A stretch of DNA of 45,644 nucleotides, taken from IMG/VR virus record IMGVR_UViG_3300045988_119588. One strand, 5' to 3'. The notes beneath the pieces were generated by a model that did no database searches, was not told the DNA's origin, and saw nothing but the letters and a program-made list of their open reading frames with translations. The translations under genes were made by a program, and so were the position numbers. This DNA is from a virus. Below are positions 23,788-31,948 of the stretch, piece by piece (position 1 is the stretch's first letter; the number at the start of each line of letters is the position of its first letter).

Positions 23788-24423
23788 ATGAACTATAAGG
23801 AACAAAGGAATTACGAGAATATACAGAGAATGCTGTTTGATGGAACAGGACAATATGACATACCGGGAATAGAAGGGACAGAGTTCGATGCTGCGGAGTT
23901 TATCGGGTTCAATTATGCCCAGAATGCCAAGGAGCCGGAGAAGAAAGCAGTTCATTTCTTCCTGGATGACTACCAGTTCATTCGCTTGTGGACTGATCCT
24001 GACAGATACATAGCAAGGTTACAGAAGTTTCGGTATGTATTGACACCGGACTTTAGCCTATACACGGATTTCCCACGATCACTGCAGATATACAACCACT
24101 ACCGGAAGCATTGGCTGGGGGCATACTGGCAGATGCACGGCATCAGGGTGATACCTACGATCTGCTGGAGCGATAGGGAATCATTTGACTGGTGCTTTGA
24201 TGGAGAGCCTACACATAGCGTGGTAGCGATTTCTTCTGTTGGAACGCAGAATAGCAAGGAAAAGAAACACAGATTCCTGGATGGTTATTTCGAGATGGTG
24301 GATAGGCTGCAGCCAGCACAGATTATTTTCTATGGCAGCGTGCCGGAAGAGTGCCAGGGGAATATTGTGAGAGTGCAGGCATTCACGGACAAATGGAACA
24401 AGGTGGAGGTAGCGCAATGGTGA
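23788..24423 (+). CDS. DUF4417 protein
   Basis: 211 aa. FFLDDYQFIRLWTDPDRYIARLQKFRYVLTPDFSLYTDFPRSLQIYNHYRKHWLGAYWQMHGIRVIPTICWSD matches the DUF4417 pattern as I recall it. Confidence 0.7.
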   Translation: MNYKEQRNYENIQRMLFDGTGQYDIPGIEGTEFDAAEFIGFNYAQNAKEPEKKAVHFFLDDYQFIRLWTDPDRYIARLQKFRYVLTPDFSLYTDFPRSLQIYNHYRKHWLGAYWQMHGIRVIPTICWSDRESFDWCFDGEPTHSVVAISSVGTQNSKEKKHRFLDGYFEMVDRLQPAQIIFYGSVPEECQGNIVRVQAFTDKWNKVEVAQW

Positions 24424-24785
24424 TGAATTTACAGTTTTTCGGAGGTCGCGGCGGATCCAGCGGGATCGGCGGGGGAACTGTAGCATTTGACGTGAATATG
24501 GATGGAAGCGTATCTAAGTTTGTTGTGCGAAAAGGAAAAGTGTACCGAGAATCCGGAGATGCAGTGCAAATGTCTGCACAACAGATCATGGAGAATGCTA
24601 AATCACTGGGATATGATGTAAAGACATATAATGCAAGGCAGGAGGCAGCGCGGCAGAAAATGTATGCAGAGGATAGGAAAAAGACAAGCGAATTTTTGAA
24701 TATAGCAGACGCACAGATGGGTGGCAATCGTGGAGACCAGCGTAGAGCTACTAGAGGAAGACGTGGATCAAGGAGAGGAATCTGA
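24417..24785 (+). CDS. Small protein with an L27/Prp-like NLQFF leader, GGRGGSSG motif and arginine-rich C-terminus
   Basis: 122 aa from ATG 24417, which overlaps the DUF4417 stop (GGAGGTAGCGCA upstream). Starts MVMNLQFFGGRGGSSG and ends RRATRGRRGSRRGI. Confidence 0.65.
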   Translation: MVMNLQFFGGRGGSSGIGGGTVAFDVNMDGSVSKFVVRKGKVYRESGDAVQMSAQQIMENAKSLGYDVKTYNARQEAARQKMYAEDRKKTSEFLNIADAQMGGNRGDQRRATRGRRGSRRGI

Positions 24786-25162
24786 TGGGTGGCAGAGGTG
24801 CCAGCAGTGGCATGAGTGAGAAGGGAAATCCATACGGGAGTCAGTATCATACATTATTGGAACATGAAAACATTAAGTTTGTAGCAAATCGTATTAAAAA
24901 TTATGAACCATTGCTGGAAACAATGTCCAAGGGAAGAACGTATGTGCAGGTAGGCGGCGAGGATATTGTTCGAGTTGCGTTTATGGATAAGGATAATAAG
25001 CGCTACAAGGTTATAGAGAAAGACAAGAAAAATAAAACGTGGCATATGCATCACGGATATTTTCATACTGAGGAATCTGAGAAGATGCATGAGCCACTGA
25101 GCAGGCAAGATAAGGATTTCCTTGATAAAATCAGTAAAATATGGCATAATCGTAGTAGGTAA
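24785..25162 (+). CDS. Small protein starting MGGRGASSG (His-rich C-terminal half)
   Basis: 125 aa with a TGATG overlap with the upstream gene. NPYGSQYHTLLEHENIKFV...KTWHMHHGYFHTEE. Confidence 0.65.
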   Translation: MGGRGASSGMSEKGNPYGSQYHTLLEHENIKFVANRIKNYEPLLETMSKGRTYVQVGGEDIVRVAFMDKDNKRYKVIEKDKKNKTWHMHHGYFHTEESEKMHEPLSRQDKDFLDKISKIWHNRSR

Positions 25163-25299
25163 ATATAGTTTAAGTCGGGTAGAACGCTCGAAATGAGAGG
25201 TCCGCGTTTAAATCGTCGGTATTTACCTAAGGCCTTATGGCTCTATGATATGCATGGAGTTATAGGGTCTTTTTATTTTGCCAGGAAGGAGATGATCAG

Positions 25300-25560
25300 A
25301 TGGCGAACCTGAGAGGAAAGATGAAGAAATTACAGACTGCGCTGGTAAAGCGCGGAATGATCATAAAGATAAACCAGCGTCAGTTCTACTCCGAGGATCA
25401 GAACCGGATGATCACCTCGTACAGCATCGTTACCCCGGTGGAGTGCTACTACCCGGGCAAGGAAGAGTGGAAGACTAAAGAATATGAGATTCTGAAGACA
25501 TGCTCAATGGTAGATGTGATATTCTGCCTGTTGGATATCTATAAGGCGGTGAGTGAATGA
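25300..25560 (+). CDS. Hypothetical protein (86 aa)
   Basis: Track ORF with AGGAAGGAGATGATCAG upstream and an ATGA overlap with the terminase start. Confidence 0.55.
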   Translation: MANLRGKMKKLQTALVKRGMIIKINQRQFYSEDQNRMITSYSIVTPVECYYPGKEEWKTKEYEILKTCSMVDVIFCLLDIYKAVSE

Positions 25561-27269
25561 AGAATGAGCTCACGATGAAACAGAAAGCATTTGCAGATGA
25601 GTATGTAAAGAATGGTGGGAATGCAACACAGGCAGCAATAAGCGCAGGATATTCTGCAAAAACAGCATATTCGCAGGGACAAAGGTTGCTGAAAAAAGTT
25701 GATGTTGCGGATTATATAGGATCTCAGATGGAGCGCATCGAGAAGGAGCAGCACCGGGATATCATGTCTCTGGCAGACATCCAGGAGCGCCGGAGTAAGA
25801 TTGCAAAGGGAGAGGTCGTGGATGGACTGGGATTTGCCCCGGACTTTTCTGACCAGCTGAAAGCAATGGACGGACTGGAAAAAGCATTGGCGATTGCTGA
25901 GAAGCAGCGCATAGAGCGAGAGGAGAAGGAGAAACGCGAAAAGGCACCGCTGTGGACGATTCCGATCACTGACGCTACGTCTGATTTTGTAGAGATATAC
26001 CGGACAGTGCATGAAGCCTTCGCAGGAGAGATAGATATTCATGAGATTATATCCAAAGGCGGCCGCGGATCTGTCAAGTCGAACTTCTGGGGCAATCTGG
26101 CATACGAAACTATCCGGCAGGATCCTCATGCCCACGTGGTATATACCAGAAGATACAAGATAGATCTGCGTGGGTCTGTTTATAACCAGTTTATGAAGAC
26201 GGTCATCCGGTACAACGATCTGGACAACTGGGATTTCAAGCAGTCTCCGCTGTGCGCAGTGTATAAGCCTACGGGTCAGATGGTGATGTTCGTGGGTGCG
26301 GATAAGCCCATATCCCTAAAATCTTTCAATGTTCCGTTTGGTTATGTAAAGCTGCTGATCCATGAAGAGTGTGACGAGATGGCAGGTGTGGAGCAGATGG
26401 ACAACATCGAGGATACCTTCCTCCGATCTGATACTCCGGCACTGGATATTAAAATATTCAACCCACCGAAGAGCAAGAATAATTTCATGAATCAGTATGT
26501 GGAAGAATGCAGGAATAAGCCGCAGACACGGATCTGTCACAGCTATTATTATAATGTGCCTGAGAAGTGGCTGGGAAAGCGATTCTTCGAGCGTGCGGAG
26601 TGGTTCAGAGTACATAAGCCGCGATACTATGATAACAACTACCTTGGTAAGGTAACAGGTACCGGAGGCGGTATCTTCGACAATGTGGAAGAACGGACCA
26701 TAACGGATGCAGAAATTGAGAATATGCCGTTCTTCTATCACGGCCTTGACTTCGGATTTGAGCATCCGCAGACCTTTGAAAAAGCATACTATGATGCTGA
26801 TGCAGATATCCTTTACTGCGTGGGAGAGGTCTTTGCGAAGAGATGCAAGAACAGCACGTTTGCCCGGAAGATTAAAGGCTATATCACAGAGGAAATCATA
26901 TGTGATTCTGCACGTCCGGATGCAATAGCTGAGATGCAGGACTGGGGCTTCAATGCAATCGGAGCAAAGAAGCGCTGGGGATCCGGCAAGGGAAGGGATT
27001 ATTGCTGGGAGTGGTTGCAGCAGACCACGAAGATTGTGGTTGATCCTGTGCGTTGCCCTCACCTGGCACATGAGCTGACCACACTGGAACATGAGCAGCT
27101 GGCAGACGGCAGCTTTTCGGATGCTTACCCTACTCTGGACGAAGACTGTGTCATGGCTCTGATATATGGATTGAACCGAGTGATTATGGAGAGCAGACGT
27201 AACAATGGACTGTATGATGACGAAATAGATGAAGTAGATGAGGAGGATGATGGAGAGTATGAAGATTAA
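25557..27269 (+). CDS. Terminase: small-subunit (Terminase_2-like) domain fused in frame to a PBSX/Terminase_3-type large subunit
   Basis: 570 aa. The N-terminus LTMKQKAFADEYVKNGGNATQAAISAGYSAKTAYSQGQRLLKKVDVADYI is the TerS signature. Walker A KGGRGSVKS lies at about aa 178, where TerL of this family normally has it at about aa 30-40. There is no stop or internal start between the two domains. Confidence 0.85.
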   Translation: MKNELTMKQKAFADEYVKNGGNATQAAISAGYSAKTAYSQGQRLLKKVDVADYIGSQMERIEKEQHRDIMSLADIQERRSKIAKGEVVDGLGFAPDFSDQLKAMDGLEKALAIAEKQRIEREEKEKREKAPLWTIPITDATSDFVEIYRTVHEAFAGEIDIHEIISKGGRGSVKSNFWGNLAYETIRQDPHAHVVYTRRYKIDLRGSVYNQFMKTVIRYNDLDNWDFKQSPLCAVYKPTGQMVMFVGADKPISLKSFNVPFGYVKLLIHEECDEMAGVEQMDNIEDTFLRSDTPALDIKIFNPPKSKNNFMNQYVEECRNKPQTRICHSYYYNVPEKWLGKRFFERAEWFRVHKPRYYDNNYLGKVTGTGGGIFDNVEERTITDAEIENMPFFYHGLDFGFEHPQTFEKAYYDADADILYCVGEVFAKRCKNSTFARKIKGYITEEIICDSARPDAIAEMQDWGFNAIGAKKRWGSGKGRDYCWEWLQQTTKIVVDPVRCPHLAHELTTLEHEQLADGSFSDAYPTLDEDCVMALIYGLNRVIMESRRNNGLYDDEIDEVDEEDDGEYED

Positions 27270-27609
27270 CGTGTTAGGAACTGAATATCGAATTGAAACA
27301 CATAAAGTATCAGAGGACAGTTATCTGGAAGAAAATCAACTGTCCGGATATTGTGGAGAAGAAAGCAAGCTGATCGTAATTGCGGATATGTCAGAGGAAA
27401 AGTACTTCCGGGGAATGGACGAGAATGAGCAGGAAATATACCGGAAGAGAACATTAAGACATGAAATCATGCATGCATTTTTGAATGAAAGCGGTCTGTC
27501 TGATTCTTCAAACAAGGCTGGTGCATGGGCGAAAAATGAGGAAATGGTTGACTGGCTTGCCATTCAGTGGCACAAGATAAATACAGTGTATGAACAACTC
27601 GGCATTTAA
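27250..27609 (+). CDS. Small HExxH metallopeptidase-like protein
   Basis: About 120 aa. RKRTLRHEIMHAFLNESGL contains HEIMH. The start is ambiguous (27247, 27250 or 27259) after GAGGAGG, and the ORF overlaps the terminase stop. Confidence 0.6.
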   Translation: MESMKINVLGTEYRIETHKVSEDSYLEENQLSGYCGEESKLIVIADMSEEKYFRGMDENEQEIYRKRTLRHEIMHAFLNESGLSDSSNKAGAWAKNEEMVDWLAIQWHKINTVYEQLGI

Positions 27610-27620
27610 GGCGGTGACAT

Positions 27621-29096
27621 ATGAACATATTCGCAAGAGTAAAGGAGTTTTTTATGAACCTGTTTAGGACAAATGCAGAAAAAGAATTCAATGTAGACAT
27701 TATAGCATCCCCTCAGATGGAAAATGCTCAGAGTGAATGGCAGGCCATTATAAAGGGGAGACCATATTGGGCAAAGAAAAATACCAAAACAATCAACTTT
27801 GCGAAGTTTCTCTGCTACTATACGGCAAAGAAAACCTGCATGGACTTAAAAGTTACCGTGAGTGGAAGTGAGAGGGCAGAATATATTGACCAGTGCATCA
27901 AGGCCATGATTCAGAAATCTATCCGGGACAAGGTAGAAGATGCCTGCGGTGCCGGCGGAATCATTCTGAAGCCGAACGGTACATACAACGCAAGTGGAGC
28001 CATTGACTATGTGATGCCCGGCAGTTTTGTGGTGACGGAGAAAAACAGCAATGGTGATATTCTGGGGATCATCTTTATTGATAGGCTGATTAATGGAGAC
28101 ATTTACTATACACGCCTTGAGTATCAGCATTTCACAGCGCCTTTTGCAGATGATTTGGAAAATACCGGAAGAACTTATGTGATTGAGAACAGAGCGTATA
28201 AGTCTAGAGGAGCTGGCAGCCTTGGAAGCAGAATAGCGTTGACGGATGTGCAGGAGTGGGACAATATACCGGATACATTAACGCTTTCCAATGTGGAAAA
28301 GCCGTTGTTTGGCTATTTCAAGATGCCGTACAACAATACGATTGACTATACATCCCCGGAGGGAGTGGCAATCTTCTCAAACTGCATCCAGGAACTGCAC
28401 GATCTTGATGTGGCATGGAGCCGTAAGGGTGACGAAGTAGACGATTCCCAGCACATTACATTTATCGATGAAATTGCATTGAAGAAGAGAAACAAGGATA
28501 ACCCTAAGGTTGAAGAGACACTGGAACTTCCGCGATTTGTCCAGGGGATTAAACATGGTGTGGATGCGAAGTCTACGATTGATGAACATGTTCCCTCTCT
28601 TCTGACAGATCAGAGAATCACCGACATTAACTCTATTTTATCGATGATCTCTACGAAAGCCGGATTCTCGCAGGGGCAGTTCATTCTTGACCGTAAGACA
28701 GGCATGGTGACTGCCACGCAAGTCGAGAGCGATGACAGTGAGACAGTAGAGACGATCAACGACATCCGCACTGCTCTGAAAACGGCAATTAAAGATTTGA
28801 TCTATGCGCTGGATAAGTACTGTGATGTATTCTTCAATATGCCGAGTGGATATGTGAATGCGCTGGATGAAGATGTAGCCGATGAGGATGTATTTTACTT
28901 TAAGGACCTGCTTGCATCCTTCGAGCAGGACAGAACCAGGGCATATCAGCTGATGGTGCAGGGGGTATACAGTAAGCGCAGGTACCTCAAAGAATATGAG
29001 GGATTCAATGATGCGGAAATCGATGAGATGCTGGCGGAAGTCCAGGAAGAAAAGGCAAGCGAGCAGAAACAACAGGGATTGTTTGGGGAGGAGTAG
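27621..29096 (+). CDS. Portal protein (SPP1 Gp6-like, by size and position)
   Basis: 491 aa, immediately after the terminase and before the MuF-like head morphogenesis gene. Acidic C-terminus. Confidence 0.8.
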   Translation: MNIFARVKEFFMNLFRTNAEKEFNVDIIASPQMENAQSEWQAIIKGRPYWAKKNTKTINFAKFLCYYTAKKTCMDLKVTVSGSERAEYIDQCIKAMIQKSIRDKVEDACGAGGIILKPNGTYNASGAIDYVMPGSFVVTEKNSNGDILGIIFIDRLINGDIYYTRLEYQHFTAPFADDLENTGRTYVIENRAYKSRGAGSLGSRIALTDVQEWDNIPDTLTLSNVEKPLFGYFKMPYNNTIDYTSPEGVAIFSNCIQELHDLDVAWSRKGDEVDDSQHITFIDEIALKKRNKDNPKVEETLELPRFVQGIKHGVDAKSTIDEHVPSLLTDQRITDINSILSMISTKAGFSQGQFILDRKTGMVTATQVESDDSETVETINDIRTALKTAIKDLIYALDKYCDVFFNMPSGYVNALDEDVADEDVFYFKDLLASFEQDRTRAYQLMVQGVYSKRRYLKEYEGFNDAEIDEMLAEVQEEKASEQKQQGLFGEE

Positions 29097-29099
29097 GGT

Positions 29100-29360
29100 A
29101 TGAATGGAATACCGAATGAGATTATAGAGGCAGCAATGATATTACCGTTACCTAAATTTGCAAAGGGAGGATTTATCCCTTTAGAAGGGCATCCAATAGG
29201 ACCGAACTGTGATGAAAAAGATTTGATAGGACCGCAGGAATTGTTTGTAAGGATAAGGGATGATGAAAAATGCAGTATGGAAAAACTATCGGATGCATTG
29301 ATATCCGAATCAATACCGACAGACTGGACCAGAACATTGCGAATGCGCAGAAGCTGTTGA
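29100..29360 (+). CDS. Hypothetical protein (86 aa); overlaps the next gene by 91 nt
   Basis: Strong GGGGAGGAG RBS 6 nt before the ATG, but the 3' third overlaps 29270-29680 in another frame. Confidence 0.35.
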   Translation: MNGIPNEIIEAAMILPLPKFAKGGFIPLEGHPIGPNCDEKDLIGPQELFVRIRDDEKCSMEKLSDALISESIPTDWTRTLRMRRSC

Positions 29361-29680
29361 ATATGCAGGTAGTGGCTGATTGTGATGAATATATTCCGTT
29401 TGCGCAGGGAGCACTGAGAGGAAGCGTGAACTACCCGGAAGGAATCTATGGTGGCGAGATAGCATACAACACTCCTTATGCACACTACCAGTATACAGGA
29501 GAGTTATATCTCACATCGGATGGCAGATCTTTTGCAGACAAATATGAAAAGAAGGAACCGACTGGAAGACCTTTGCAATATCACGCAGCAGGAACCGGAG
29601 ATCACTGGTTTGAGAGAGCAAAACAGGCGCATGGTTCAGAATGGGTTGACTTGGTTAAGAGAGAGGCAGGAAAGGGTTAA
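29270..29680 (+). CDS. Minor capsid protein-like
   Basis: 136 aa. AQKLLNMQVVADCDEYIPFAQGALRGS...NTPYAHYQYTGELY...GTGDHWFERA resembles Firmicute-phage minor capsid proteins. AAGGGA lies 9 nt upstream. Confidence 0.6.
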   Translation: MQYGKTIGCIDIRINTDRLDQNIANAQKLLNMQVVADCDEYIPFAQGALRGSVNYPEGIYGGEIAYNTPYAHYQYTGELYLTSDGRSFADKYEKKEPTGRPLQYHAAGTGDHWFERAKQAHGSEWVDLVKREAGKG

Positions 29681-30936
29681 TGCTGACACCCGATTATTTT
29701 TATGGAAAATCAGATAAACTTGTGGAACTGTACCAGGAACTGGAAGACTGGATCCTGCAGGACATAGCTATGCGTTTACTGAAAAATGGTGAGATCTCCG
29801 GGACAGCAGACAGGGAACTGTGGAGATTACAGCAGCTGGGACTGCATAATGATGAGATAGTAAAGAAAATTGCAAAATTGTCCGGCCTGAGTCAAAAAGA
29901 GGTCCGCAGGATCCTGCGAGAGAGTGTAATGACATCATTTTCTGATGATGAAGAGGTGCTGAGTAAATTGGGGACTGTGACGCCACCATTGCAAAACAAT
30001 GCTGTGATAGCTGCCATGAATGCAGAGATGCAGAAAACGTTCGGAGAATTGAATAATCTGACCAGGACAACCATGCTGCAGTCGCAGAAAGATCTACTGA
30101 ATCTGCTGAATGAGGTGGACCTGCGAGTGGCAACCGGCTTTCAGTCATATAGCAGTGCAGTATGTGAGGTACTGGATCGGTATGCACAAAGTGGTGTAGT
30201 GATTGACTATCCGACAGGAGCACGGAGAACACTGGAATCTGCGGTAAGATGCTGCATTGTCACGTCCATGAATCAGACGGCCGCACAGGTAACGAATCAG
30301 TACATAGTAGAGGGCGGGATAGAATATGTCTTGGTATCGGCTCATATGGGTGCCAGACACGATGATAAGCATCCGGAAGATCTGAGATCGCATGATCACT
30401 GGCAGGGCAAGGTCTATAAAATTGTTGGGCGGGATGATGGGATAGAAAATCTTCTGGAATCCACAGGTTATACCATAGATCCTGACAGTGGACAGGGAAC
30501 CGTGGTGAATCCTTTAGGCCTGCATGGGTATAACTGCAGACATTCGCATAAACCGTGGGATCCGTCGCTCCGGAATCCTTACGTGGATGCAGATGGTAAG
30601 CCGAAGATTGACATCCACGAGAGCCAGGAACTTTACCAGCGGCAGCAGGAGCAGCGTCGCATGGAGCGCGCCATCCGGAAGACCAAGCGAGAATTGCTGA
30701 TGAAAAAAGCGGAAATCGATGGAGTGGCAGAGACGGATGTAAAAGAGATCTTACAGCCGCAGTATGATAAGCTGGCATATAAGCTGCGGACACAGAACCA
30801 GGCATATGAGAAATTCTGTAAAGAAAGCGACCTGCAGACACAGGTAGAGCGGACAAAGGTGGCAGGATTTCAAAAGAAGGAAGCTGCCGCGGCAAATGGC
30901 AGGGCAACCGCATATAGTAATCATTTAGAAAAATGA
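29680..30936 (+). CDS. Head morphogenesis protein (minor capsid protein 2 / SPP1 gp7-MuF-like)
   Basis: 418 aa. The LHGYNCRHSHKPW motif is typical of the MuF C-terminal core. Position is after the portal. Confidence 0.75.
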   Translation: MLTPDYFYGKSDKLVELYQELEDWILQDIAMRLLKNGEISGTADRELWRLQQLGLHNDEIVKKIAKLSGLSQKEVRRILRESVMTSFSDDEEVLSKLGTVTPPLQNNAVIAAMNAEMQKTFGELNNLTRTTMLQSQKDLLNLLNEVDLRVATGFQSYSSAVCEVLDRYAQSGVVIDYPTGARRTLESAVRCCIVTSMNQTAAQVTNQYIVEGGIEYVLVSAHMGARHDDKHPEDLRSHDHWQGKVYKIVGRDDGIENLLESTGYTIDPDSGQGTVVNPLGLHGYNCRHSHKPWDPSLRNPYVDADGKPKIDIHESQELYQRQQEQRRMERAIRKTKRELLMKKAEIDGVAETDVKEILQPQYDKLAYKLRTQNQAYEKFCKESDLQTQVERTKVAGFQKKEAAAANGRATAYSNHLEK

Positions 30937-30946
30937 ATGACAGAAA

Positions 30947-30974
30947 AGCGCCTTGAAAATAAGGTGCTTTTTTC
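30947..30974 (+). terminator. Rho-independent terminator after the MuF-like gene
   Basis: AGCGCCTT-GAAAAT-AAGGTGCT (one G:U pair) followed by TTTTTT. Confidence 0.6.
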
Positions 30975-31097
30975 GTGTCTAAATTTGGTACAAATTTTTC
31001 CGTATACCATGATAAAATTATATTGACAAATGAAAAAGACACCGGACGGAACGTAGGAATCCGTTCGCTACCCTACAAAAATTATGGGATGACCGGC

Positions 31098-31129
31098 AAG
31101 GCATGTCCTATTTGTGGGCGTGCCTTTTT
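31098..31129 (+). terminator. Terminator-like hairpin 6 nt upstream of the tRNA
   Basis: AAGGCATG/CGTGCCTT 8-bp stem (one G:U pair), 13-nt loop, followed by TTTTA. Confidence 0.45.
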
Positions 31130-31135
31130 ATGTTG

Positions 31136-31207
31136 CGGCATTTAATTCAGTGGTAGAAGACACGGATTATATCCGGGTTGCCGGAGGTTCGAATCCTTCA
31201 ATGCCGA
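31136..31207 (+). tRNA. tRNA-like gene, anticodon UAU (Ile, AUA-reading)
   Basis: Hand-folded cloverleaf. Acceptor CGGCATT/AATGCCG (7 bp). D arm ATTC-AGTGGTA-GAAG (3 bp plus an A.G pair). Anticodon arm CACGG-AUUAUAU-CCGGG (one A.G mismatch, U33, A37). Variable loop TTGCC. T arm GGAGG-TTCGAAT-CCTTC. Discriminator A, no encoded CCA. Confidence 0.6.
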
Positions 31208-31288
31208 CTGCCAGCTATGGATCAAATAGCAACTCAATCGTGCCGGGCTGACCGGATTAACAACTTTTAAGAATGAGAGGAAACGAGA

Positions 31289-31930
31289 ATGAACATTATT
31301 GACAAACTGAAAAGCTTCGGTGTTGAGGTTACAGGGGAAATGGAAAAGGTATTCTCCGGTGAGTGGGTGTCTGACTTGGAAATCAAGAAAAAGACCGAAA
31401 AGATCACCGAATTGGAGACTAAAAACAAGGAACTTGTATCGAAACAGGAGAATCTGGAAAAGGATCTGCAGACCTTAAAGGACTCCACACCTGATGCAGA
31501 TGCAATGAATCAGAAAATTGCAGATCTCACAGCAACCTTGGAAAAGGAACGTAACGAAAGGAAACAGAAGGATGAGGAAACAAGACTGGCCGGACTTGTG
31601 ACGGATTTCTTCCAGGACAAGCATTTCGTGAATGAGATCACGGCAGAAGCTATTAAGGCACAGCTTGTCACTAAGCTGAATTCGGATGAAGCCAGAGGAA
31701 AGAGCATCAGCGATCTGTTTGATGCAATCGTCAAGGATGATAAGGGCAACTACAAGCCGGATATCGTCATTGATGACAAGACCTGGAAGGCACAACAGAA
31801 TCGCAGCCATATTCTCGGCAACAATATTGGCCAGCCGGACGGAGCAACGCTGTCTATGGCTGAAATTATGAAACTCAAAAACGAACATCCGGATATGGAC
31901 ATCACTCCATATCTGAACAGAAAAAAATGA
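31289..31930 (+). CDS. Scaffolding protein (DUF4355-like coiled coil)
   Basis: 213 aa, K/E-rich helical, directly upstream of the major capsid gene. GAGAGGAAACGAGA RBS. Confidence 0.7.
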   Translation: MNIIDKLKSFGVEVTGEMEKVFSGEWVSDLEIKKKTEKITELETKNKELVSKQENLEKDLQTLKDSTPDADAMNQKIADLTATLEKERNERKQKDEETRLAGLVTDFFQDKHFVNEITAEAIKAQLVTKLNSDEARGKSISDLFDAIVKDDKGNYKPDIVIDDKTWKAQQNRSHILGNNIGQPDGATLSMAEIMKLKNEHPDMDITPYLNRKK

Positions 31931-31948
31931 GAAAAGGAGAAATAACCT

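Noticed and set aside
26316-27092. Long minus-strand ORFs in the track, for example 26316-27092, 35350-36177, 30260-31042, 32474-33226, 18389-19000, 25539-26135 and 5016-5417
   Set aside because: All lie antisense to plus-strand genes with clear domain signatures (terminase, Gp15/TMP, MuF, capsid, MTase). They lack ribosome-binding sites and have low-complexity, Cys/Ser/Leu/Pro-rich translations typical of shadow frames.
29250-29290. A programmed frameshift joining ORF 29100-29360 to 29270-29680 at the GAAAAAT run
   Set aside because: In the zero frame the run reads GAA-AAA-TGC, which does not fit the X-XXY-YYZ slippery pattern. The downstream ORF also has its own RBS and ATG.
31023-31051. 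TTGACA at 31023-31028 as a promoter driving the tRNA or a small RNA
   Set aside because: No acceptable -10 hexamer lies 16-19 nt downstream (the sequence there is GACGGA), and other -35/-10 pairings in 30980-31025 have wrong spacing. The tRNA promoter therefore remains unidentified.
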